Below are positions 23,811 through 35,100 of a stretch of 64,000 nt of DNA, piece after piece; within the stretch, counting starts at the first letter, position 1, and every line of letters starts with the position of its first letter. The notes under the pieces were generated by a model. It saw only the letters and a program-made list of their open reading frames with translations. It searched no databases and was not told the DNA's origin. The position numbers were made by a program, and so were the translations under genes. Source of the DNA: Ostrea edulis (Eukaryota); contig NC_079172.1 in the NCBI RefSeq assembly GCF_947568905.1, positions 41,044,001 to 41,108,000 of the forward strand, read 5' to 3'.

Positions 23811-24419
23811 CTATAAGTGATAACTGGCCTTGAATTTCTGTACTCTGTTATGCACTGCATATTTTATGCTCCTGGGGTATTTCACCATAGGTGCTGGGGA
23901 ATCTTCACTCGTAACTTCTTGTAAATGAACACCATCGCGCCCCAGGTACGACAAGTTGTCCCCAAACCCTCTGTACTTCCAGAAGTGGACCTGATCGTGA
24001 TTGGCAGTTAGCTGATCTAAGTGTTTGTTGATCTGCAGTACTTCGGTATTGTAGCCCAATGGAGATTTCCATGGGTCCCGCCGTAGTAGCTGCCCGATAA
24101 TCACATTTTTAACTCCCAAAACATGTATCAGATAGTTTGTGTATGACCAAATATCTTGAGCTATCACATTAGCTGGACGAGTAGCAGCGTCATTACCCCC
24201 GATCTCCAGGAAACACAATGATGGGACTATCGGAAACGTGCACAATCTCGGCGAGTTAACCAGACCACATACCGACAAGCCGCCTTGATCTCGAAAACAC
24301 ACCTTAATACGACCTTCGTTCAGACACAAGTTTTTATACACAGGATTTTGCAGTATAAATCGTTCCAAACGTTTTACATAGGAATGTCCGATGATGCCCA
24401 CAACAACAGGATCCGCCAT
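23811..24419 (-). CDS. SGNH/GDSL-type hydrolase ORF (202 aa), probably transposon-borne
   Basis: Block I IIGHSYV, block II GG, block III IGGND, block V RDGVHL. Intronless and uninterrupted; same strand as gag, upstream of it. Confidence 0.8.
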   Translation of the reverse strand: MADPVVVGIIGHSYVKRLERFILQNPVYKNLCLNEGRIKVCFRDQGGLSVCGLVNSPRLCTFPIVPSLCFLEIGGNDAATRPANVIAQDIWSYTNYLIHVLGVKNVIIGQLLRRDPWKSPLGYNTEVLQINKHLDQLTANHDQVHFWKYRGFGDNLSYLGRDGVHLQEVTSEDSPAPMVKYPRSIKYAVHNRVQKFKASYHL

Positions 24420-25696
24420 TTTGGGGTAGGCAGTACCTTGGGCGCATGGTCCAATAAATCATTGAATTGCACACTTACGTTTTAGTGGAACCGCATTTGT
24501 CAAAGAACAAATCTTCCCGCGTGCATTACTTTTAAGTTAAACTGAAGTTCACGGCCAGAACTTTAACTTTCCCGTCTATTAACTTATAGAACAAACAATC
24601 TCTTTGTGTCATAAAAGCGTCCTTCTTCATACAGGGTTAAACAAAAGTGACAATCAGGTGATCATTTATCTGCAATTTCATTGGCTATCAATGAGGCCAA
24701 GGACACACGATTTATAAATAGCTCGGTGATAATTCAACAGGTTAAAAATAAACATAAAAACCAAGTTTTAAAAATATAATCAGTTTTAAAATAGATTGTT
24801 TGATACAATGATGACATAAAACATATTATTGTACAATAATATTTCAATCTGGGCTATATTTGCATATTTGACATCTGAGATCTGAACATGTTTGAGCCCT
24901 CCATCAGGTAAAGCGCCATCCACTTCTTCTCCAGATATCATTGAGCCAATATCAACCAAATTTGGCAAAGAGTATTCCTTGGGTTTTATTTGGCAATATA
25001 TCTGAAAATAAAACTTAAAACCTTTCTCTCAAGATCGATTGGGTCATAATTAGTCATATCAATATGGAAGCATTAGCAGGAAGTGAAGATTGAATTTTTT
25101 GGTCCCCGAAAGAGTAGGGCTACAATACATCATCTAAGGTTTACATAGGGATATGTAGTAATCTGCCATTGACTGCTAGGCTATGCTTAGTCATGTTGGT
25201 TCTAATTCGGTTGAGGCATGCTCCTGTGGGGCTAAGGTGGGGTTCATAAAATAAGATCAAAAGTGTTCGGGGCAAAATCTTATAACGAAGAAAAACGGTC
25301 ATTGTGACTCGGGTGAGAAATGTGGCCCATATGTGTGTATGTATGTGTGTGCGATTGTGATTATGTGTGTAAAAAGTATTTTGCACTATACTTGGATTAT
25401 TTTCTAGTGCCCGTATACACAAGTATTTATTTCAGTACATAGTATGCCTCTTTATTATCTTTTTAAAAATTGTTCATAAAGACGGAAAGCTTTAGTTGTT
25501 TTAAAAAGTTGCCCAAGTTGACCTGAAAACAAACCCTTAATGGTCATACTAAATATCAAAACCGCAATGGAATTGGAGACGAAATAACGGTTTCAATATC
25601 CGTAATGCGGAAGAAAAGAATAAAAGAAGGTATTACAAAATACAGATTTTATTCAATTATAGCACATGGATCCGGAAAAAGGCAAAATGCATGTAT

Positions 25697-26125
25697 AAAA
25701 AAGTGCGTTGGGTATGTATTATCGCTTCGGTCTAAGAGTCCATATCAATATATAGTAAGTTTGATCACGGTCTGACTGAGAAAGGATAAACGAATATGCA
25801 ATGTGTAGTCACAATTTCCCTACATATTGAATAATTTGAATGAACCAAAAAGGCAACTTTCAGATTACTTGGTCTCAAAATTTTATTCAAATCACGAACT
25901 CCCGAGAAAAAAAGTGCGTTGGGTTTGTATTATCGCTTCGGTCTAAGAGTCCATATCAATATATAATAAGTTTGATCACGGTCTGACTGAGCAAGGATAA
26001 ACGAATATGCAATGTGCAGTCACAATTTCCCTACATATTGAATAATTTGAGTGAACCAAAAAGGCAACTTTCAGATTACTTGATCTGAAAATTTTATTCA
26101 AATCACGAACTCCCGAGAAAAAAAA
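25697..26125. repeat. 211-bp direct tandem duplication just upstream of the copy-B ATG
   Basis: GTGCGTTGGG at 25703 and 25914; near-identical units. Confidence 0.9.
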
Positions 26126-26191
26126 TCGTCACAACTGTTTTAACGAAATCATTGTTCGATAAATATTGCAGGGGAAACATTTTTCTGAAAG

Positions 26192-29100
26192 ATGGACAGT
26201 CATCCGGGCTTTGGAGTTGCAGATTACTGTATTTTTGGAGCCTCGGTGATCATTTCTTTGGGAATCGGAATCTTTTATGCATTTTCCGGTGGAAGACAGC
26301 GCACGGCTGCCGAGTATTTGGTCGGCAACCGTCAAATGAAGATGCTGCCTCTTACTCTGTCCCTGGTGGTGTCTTTCGAGTCCTCCATCATGATGCTTGG
26401 GCTTCCCGCGGAGACATATGTCTATGGACTTCAGTACATATGGTACAATGTGGAAGTCATGGCCGGTCTTTTTATTGGCGTTTTAATTGTGGTGCCTTTG
26501 ATTTATCCCTTAAAGCTAACCAGCGTGTATGAGGTAGGTATTAGGATTCAATGAGATCAACAAGTGGCGGATCTATAATGGGGTTACGGGACTGCAACCC
26601 AATTCCCCCTCTGTTGAATTTAATAAAAGCAACAAAAGTTAAGTTGAGAATTTTCGTGAAGGCAATACACTAAGAAACTGGATACGTACATTCAAATACG
26701 CAGTAAATGTTGAAATATATCATCAAAATCATGCTACAGTTTTAGACACATTTAATATCCCAGTCAATGGGATGGATGAATATAAAGTTACATGTACCGT
26801 AATATTAACAGGTTTGAAGGAGAAACTTTAAATGTACTGTCTGTGTCAATGCATATGCCAGAAGTAATGTAAATCAAACATGGATTATAAAATATTGTGA
26901 AGAACGTTATGTAAATTTCAAATCGAATAAATTATATAAAAAATGTATGACTTTTCAAGACTCTACACGACCATTCCTCACTACAAATTAAAGACTAAAC
27001 ATTTTGATATCATAGACAGTTGCTTCTTTAACAAAATTGGAAAAGGGAAATATTCATATCTAGTGATCAGTCATCCAAAGATTTACTTGAACCACCCTGA
27101 TACTCTGAAGTTGAATTAGATATATGATGAAGTTCCTCATTGACAATACCTTCGTAGTCTTTGGTGATCAGGTGTTCCAACAGTCTGTTAAAAATCCCAT
27201 GGATAAGAATTGAGCTCTTTTGTTAACTGACCTGTTTTTATATTCTTATGAAGCAAAGTTTATTCAAAAGCCTCTACATGAGAAAAAAAATGATATTTCG
27301 ACGACGTTTCATTTATTAACAATAATAAGTTTCATTCATATGTCGATTCGATATATCCTTGTGATCTGGAAATAAAAGACACTGCAGAGTCCTCCACATC
27401 TTCTTTGTACTTGGATTTTTTATTGAAAATAAATATTAACGAAAAACTACATGTAACAACTCAACTTTGTGACAAACTGGGATTATGTTCAATACTTTGA
27501 AATTATGAAGTGATATTTTAATACGCTGTCGATTTCATTAAAATTCCCAACATCATTTCAGATTGATTGTATATTTTTAATGTTTCACTGGAGAATTTTT
27601 AATCATATGGAGACGTCATCATTGCCGGTGAAGGGCTGCAAAATTTAGGCCTATGACTGGTACTTACTGTCTTTGAGCAGGGAAGGATCTTTATCATGCC
27701 ACACCTGCTGTGACATGGGGCCTCTGGTTTTGCAGTTTTACCTGAAGGTCGCCTCTTATGACAAGCAAAATAATGTAAAAATATATATATATATATATAT
27801 AAATAAAAAAAACAGAACAAAGTGTAAAACATGTACAACAAAAAAGTTGGCTTTCAAAAAGAATTTTAAAAAGATGCACGGCTTGTCATTTATTCAGATG
27901 AAAATGTAAAATGAGAGATTATCCGGACATTCATTATACATTTGGAACAAAATAAAGATTCATAATGATATAAAATGTCATTAATATTTATTCCAAAAGA
28001 GGGAATGAAGGGATATTTTATTCAGCTGTTGATTACATCTTTAAAACCGAAGGCAATGTTCATGTATGTGCATTACGTGAAACTTCTCATTTCTCCTAAA
28101 TGAATTAATTAATGTCGACAAAAATCCATCCTTAGACCTTTTCTGAATTTGACGACACGTCAGCTATTGGGACGTCAAATTCATGGAGTCGATCACTGTG
28201 GTTCATATCTATTACTCACGGTCAACCTAGAAGGATTTTACAAACACGAACGTTTCGAGATCTATAATTTAGCAGGAAAATCGTTGTTCAGCATCAAATT
28301 GGATTCGACTATTGAGAGTGTCAGATATAGAAAAAAAATCGTCCTTCATTTACTGAATGGAATAAGGTACTATTAATTACTAAATGTTATTATATTTTCT
28401 TTCCTTCTAGTATATGGAGCTGCGTTTTCAATCAAAATGGGTTCGAATATTCGCGATGATACAAGGGACCCTGTATTACATAAGAATGAAATACAATGTT
28501 AATAGTAAATAAAATACAATGTTAAATGTTCAAGGAGTAAGCGTTTTAACAAACAAGTATGGCTCTGACTTTGAAATTTGTTTTGATTTGTGTGAAACGA
28601 AACTTAAAAGTTGAATTTCATAAAACTGATTTTCATTTCATATGCAAACTACAAACATTATATGATGTATGTTCCTAATTAACAATACTGGAGTTTACTT
28701 TGCAGATATTCTATATGGGCATTGTGCTGTTTGGTCCCGCTACTGCTTTGGAGTCAGGTTTGTAGAAAGCACTGTTGTAGAGGCTATCATTTCCCATAAC
28801 GTATGACAATAATACAAACGAATAAATTCAAAATACTGTAAACCGGGAAATCCAGTGTGAACCTTGAATTTACGATAAACCGCGAAATTGTCACTTCTTG
28901 ATATTTTCGTCGACTCAAAAAGGATTACGTTTTGCTTTAGATTCGCTGCAAACAATTTGATTTTGGGAAATAAGTCGATTTGAATTCACTCAGTTTAAAC
29001 ACCGCAATTAGCATGAAAAGGTGAATATAACGAACAGCGATCAATTTCATAATTCCCATAATGAATACCGAATTAAGGGCAAACATGGACCCTGGACATA

Positions 29101-32100
29101 CCAGGTACATGTATCAAGTGCCTAAGAGGAGCGAGCATCCCCTGTCGTTCGGTAACATCCACTACGATCCCTATATTTCGATCAGGTAAATGAAGTAATC
29201 CGCAGTCAAAATCAGTGTGTAAAGAGCAGCCTAATAATTGGTATGAAACACGTCATACAGAATTTGACTCAATGACAAGTTGTATTAGCAAACTAGATCG
29301 TTATAACGACCATAAAATTTGCGAAATGTGGACTTTAAACAAGACTGTTGAAACCAATGTAACATCAACTTGTTTGTCTCTCAACTGATTCGATATGCAA
29401 GAGCTTGTTCTGTGTATGATCAGTTTTTAAATCGAGGTAGGCTACTGACACACTAGTTGATGGTGCAGGACTTTCAACAGTCTAGTTTTAACTAGGAGAC
29501 TGTGTTTGCCTAACTCTCCATTTTGTATTGCTTATAAGAGTTGTGAGATTGATGACTGTTCGCTATATATCTTCACTTTCATTCTCGATTCTAACGAAAA
29601 TCGATATTAAAATTATTCCTATATTTAATAGATCTTAAGTGTTTCATAAGACCTAATGTTATTTAAAAAGAAAATTAATTTCAAAGTCAGTAAAACGTAA
29701 AAATATAAACGTTGAATAACTTTTCTTTCTATTCCTTTTAAAGTCACAGACTTACCATATTGGGCTTCCGTCCTGGCAGTCGCCTTGGCAGCCATGTTGT
29801 ACACATCCATTGTGAGATATTTTTAGAACTTTGTTCTTTCAATTTGATGATTACTATCTGTTCAAGGGAACGCAATATCCGTCTTCAAATTTCGTAATCT
29901 TTATTTGTTGCTCCGGTCGTAGAATATTTAGAGTCTTGGTGACATTTGGGGTATTGATTTCAGGGCGGAATAAAGGCAGTGATTTGGACGTACGTCTTCC
30001 AGACCGTGGTAATGATGACGGGGATAGCGGCCATTTTAATTCAGGTAAATACAGACCAGTTTAATGAGGTCATAGTTTCATTTGAAAATTTGATAAACAA
30101 TGGTTTTCAAACCTGTAGAAAACAATTTCAAGAATGAGATAGTTTGATGCTTTTCGTGATGTTTTCCAAATCTTTAAAAAGTTTATAACTTGTTTAATTG
30201 AAATATCATTTTAGGGAACCATCTCTGCTGGAGGTGTAGGAAATGTGTTCAATATCAACAAAGCTACAAAAAGACTAGATATAATAGAGTATGTGATGGT
30301 ATTTCAATGCACTCTCATGAGCATATAATTAATGCTTCTAACGCGTGATGTAAATATTGATAATTTAGAACTATATGTAAAAAGAAAAGTGCAAACACTC
30401 TAAAGCTAAATTCATAAAAATAGAATAGCAAAGGCTGCTCGATGGCCATAAGACAATCTTGTTGTTCCATTGATAAATGACACAGAAAAGTTTATTATAC
30501 TAGATAATCAACGGATGCATTGTGTTGCAGCTTTAACCCCAATCCGTTTGTCCGACACACGTTCTGGACATTGTTTATTGGGAATTCGATTAAAAACATA
30601 AGTCTTGGCTTCAATCAATCCTCTATACAGCGGATATCCTCAACACCCACGAAGAGCAGGGCCAAAAAGTATGTTAACTATAGTGGTACTCAATTCTACG
30701 AAAGCCCATTGGGATCAAACTATGGGGGAAAATAACCAGAGATGTGTTATAACGCGACAAAAGACGTACTAACGTGAAGTGAAAATGTGTTATAAGACGA
30801 AAATGTTGTATCATGCCTTTCAAAAAGGCGCTATTACACCTTTCAAAAGGCATAATAAAGGAGAATGGAAGGCGTTATAACGAAAACAAAAGACATAATT
30901 ACGCAAATATTCGTTATTACGCCTTTCAAAATGGCGTTTTAACGCGGATTGAAAGATGTTTTAACGCTAAAAGGCTTAATTGCGAGGGGAAAAGCGTTAT
31001 CATGCCTGTCGCTAAAAGGCATTAATACCCCTTTATAAAACGAATGGCGTAATAACGCCTTTTGTAAAGATGTAATAACACTCTTTGAAAAGGCGTAATT
31101 ACGTCTTTTTTGCATTGACACGCCTTTGAATCTGCGTTATTACGTCTTCCCGAAAGGTGTAATAACGCCTTAGTTTGCGTTATTACGCCTTTCTGTTTAT
31201 TTTTGTTCGATTATGGCTTGATTCTAATAGGCTTTCGTGCAATTCCGGGGATACATACTTAATGTACATAATATAATGTTTTTGCTCTTTTGTATCTACT
31301 TGTTTTCCGAGACAGTTTTTGCAAATGTCAATTGTATCATGAAACAAGCACCATTTCCATGAAAAATATGGCATGTCAAACGTTGCAATATTTAATCTTT
31401 TTCATTTGTATTGTATAATTTTCCATTTGTGTTCTATATTTTCCATTTGCATTGTATATTTTTCCATGTGTATTCTATATTTTCCATTTGTATTGTATAA
31501 TTTTCCATTTGCATTCTATATTTTCCATCTGCATTGCATAAATTTTCATTTGTATTGTATAATTTCCATTTGTATTGTATAATTTTTCATTTGTATTCTA
31601 TATTTTCCATTTGTATTGTATAATTTTTCATTTGTATTGTATCCCAGGGATTGTTTACTTTGATTCGTTACGAAGGATTTCATTAGTTAACGTTGCTTTG
31701 AGAATTGTTTACTGATGTAGACGTACTTAGCGCACAGGACCGTAGCAATGAGGGTTCTTTAACGTGCCAACACCTGCCGCAACACAGGATATCTATTTTT
31801 AAGGTCATGTCGGAAAGACCTGTGATTTTCACTTTTAAATGCCGAGCGTTTGGCAAAGGAGCAATCACTACCTATGTTTATGTCTTAGGTTTGATGCGGC
31901 AATGGCAGGAGCTAGCAATGGTGAATCCATCCCCCCACATGATTTTTTTTTTTATAGAACTGTCCAGAAAAGCATGAACATTTTATTTAGTCAGAATTCA
32001 GTAGATTCAGGGGACTTGGACCTTGGGTCCCCACCAATTGTTAACATCGAGTATGGTTTGTTACAACTATTCATTGGAATAAGCTTGAGTTACCGTTTAT

Positions 32101-35100
32101 CGAATTTGGTAATGCACGAGATGTTGAAGAGGTCAAGTTCAAGAGCCACGTTTCAAAGGAATGTACCGTATTTTGCTAATTGCAATGGCGTGACCCGCCC
32201 CTCCCATTAATTGCTTTTATGCGTCTATTTTGACCAGAACATTCAAACTAGTCACTGGCTGATCTAAATAATTCTGAACGAAAGGATGCAGTAAACTGCT
32301 GGATGTCTGGGGACTGTCTTAAGACCCCTAGTGAGTCCAGGGCAAAGTCTTGGTGGTGGTGGGGTGGGGTGCAGGGGGAGGGCGAAGTCCCCTGCAAAAA
32401 GTGCGTTCTGACAAAATAAAACGTACAGTCATGCTTTTTTCGACATTTCTATACAAAATAAACAAAATATCATATTTGTGAAGGGAAGGGGGTCGCCCGG
32501 CACAAGATTCCTCATTGCTAGCTACATACATGTATGTTCAACTAGTCCTATATGGAACCGGTCGCGGTAGTTCAGTGATATACCCTTTGGCACGTAACCG
32601 TGAGGTCGCATGCTCGAGTTCTAGTCGTGTCATGGCTACATCAAACCGTAGACGTAAATATAGCTAATGCTTCGCCAAACGCATGGCTATTCAAAAGTGA
32701 GAATCACCGATAATGTGACCTTAAAAGCAGACACCCCGTGTTGCGACTGACGTTGGCACGTTAAAGAACCCCCACTGCTACGCCACTGTGCGCTGAGCAT
32801 AGTAGGTCTATTTGCAGCCTACAGCTGGTGACGGCTAAATATAAGTGGGACTTAAACTAATGAAATCCTTCGTAACAAATCAAAACAAACAATCCCTCGT
32901 ATACAATACAAATGAAAAATTTTGCAATGCAAATGGAAATTATACAATGCAAACGAAAAAATTATATAATACAAATGGAAAATATAGAATACAAATGGTA
33001 AATTATACAATATGAATAGAAAATATAGAATACAAATAAAAAAAAAATGACAATGCAAATGGAAATTATACAAAGCAAATGCAAACTTATATAATGCAAA
33101 TGGAAAATATAGAATACAAATGGAAAATTATACAATACAAATGGAAAATTATACAATACAAATGGAAAAGATCAAATATTGCAACGTTGGACATGCCATA
33201 GAAAAATGACCGAAATTGGTAATCCCGTATAAGAGGTATATTTTGTAGTTGTCCTTTTTTTTTTTTGCGAAATTTTGCTGATAAGATAAATCCACAAAAT
33301 TTACAATCGCAAAATATGAGACAAGTTTCTTATGTAAATGATGCAAACATACAATTACAATTTGATGACGTGACTTTAATTCACATTTGAATATCATGAA
33401 AGGATCTGCATGTTGAAGATTGTATTTATATTTCTAGAATACTTCTGATAGCCGCTCCAGTGTTTTGCATCACCCTCTCTTTGCCATTATTTGAAGGACT
33501 TGTTGCTTATGCATACTATTATACGAAACGCTGCGACCCCCTCACTTCTGGCCAAATCAAGAACCCCAACCAGGTATGCATATGGAACATAGCAAAATAC
33601 ATATCACATACTCCTGTTTCATTATTCTGCTTTGAACACAAATTTTTGCTTTGTTTTTGGAGAGACGAGATGCCTAGGAAAAGTATTAATACCATAGTCA
33701 CGGTAGTGTAGTAGTTAGAGCACTCACCTCATCACTGGGATACCCAGGTACGACTCTCGACCCTGTGCCGTGTCAAACCTAAGATGTTTAAAACATGTAG
33801 TGACGTCGAGTCAAACTGAAGACGAAGACATTTAACACAGGAAGTGACGCCGAATCAAACCGAAGACGAAGACATTTAACACAGGAAGTGACGCCGAGTC
33901 AAACCGAAGACGAAGACGTTTAACACAGTAAGTGACGTCGAGTCAAACCGAAGACAAAGATGTTTAAGACATGTAATGACGTCGAGTCAAACCGAAGACG
34001 AAGACGTTTGACACAGGAGGTGACGTTCCTTTGCGAAGGGCAAGAAATGTGAATATTACGGATATTTTGGATGTCGCTTTATAATGGAACCTTGATGGGT
34101 TTGGCACGATAAAAAAACCTCCACGGCTACTGCCTTCAGAGCCGTACATAGTCAAGATTTGTGGTGTTTCATCCACTCCTGTGGATGTCTGTATATGAGT
34201 GAAACATTCTTAGAATGGAATGTAAAGCGATGAATGATCGTATAACAGAGAAACCAACGTTTTGTAAATAACTGTTCACCATGACAGTAGTTCATCAAGA
34301 AGAGGCAATATACGAAGTAATATTGTGTAACTATATGGATGAAGTTACCCAAATTGAAATCAATAAGTCCAAAGAATAGACCTTGACATTCAGTTTCATA
34401 AATGTTTTTCTTTGATAGATCATTCCTTATATGGTTCTTGAGATCTTCGAAAATCTTCCAGGAATGCCCGGATTGTTCATGGCTTCTTTATTCAGCGCCT
34501 CATTAAGGTGATATCATGTTCAAATATAAAGTTACATGTGAATACATACATGTATTTTATAGCCACGTTGATTACATTTCATTTTCACTGAATGCCACGA
34601 GAGGAATATATACTCATGACATTTCTTTATGAAGTTTTTGGAAAGACAGATCTTTGTTGAACAATAAGTAAACTAGAGAACATGTCTGAAATATCTCGTT
34701 TGCAATATTAGATACAACATTATTGCCTGACTATCGTCTATTGGGTAATTGATTGGACAGATTTTTCTCCAAGAAGTAGTTCGAAACTTTAGCATTCTTT
34801 TTAGATGCAATGTTGTTTAACAGGTGTTTCATTTATATGAATAGGAATTTTCACGCTTTTATTTTTGGGGAATTTTCTTCATCCGCCAAATAGTTTACAT
34901 ATCCAAATGCCTAAATTAGATGACATTTCAAAGAAACAGTTCAAACGTTCTTAAAACAACAAATGAAAACTGACCAGAATATTTCTTTCAGTACCCTGTC
35001 CTCTGGTTTAAGTAGTTTAGCAGCAATGACCGCTGAGGACGTTGTCAAGCAGATCTTTCCTTCCATCCCTGATTCACGAGTTACTATCTTGTCCAAGCTC

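Larger units (their letters stand above)
18195..24480 (-). mobile_element. Decayed tyrosine-recombinase retrotransposon (DIRS order, Ngaro-like: gag-RT-RNaseH-YR, no methyltransferase) with 5' SGNH ORF
   Basis: Ordered minus-strand domains (listed separately) with several frameshifts. Outer boundaries are approximate. Confidence 0.85.

Noticed and set aside
23811-24419. Bacterial horizontal transfer or contamination
   Set aside because: Base composition matches the adjacent retrotransposon, and SGNH ORFs are known cargo of Ngaro elements.
28480-28705. U12-type AT-AC intron
   Set aside because: Lacks the ATATCC donor consensus, and the acceptor is AG.
33800-34020. CRISPR-like 44-bp repeats
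   Set aside because: Head-to-tail VNTR inside a SINE, with no spacers.
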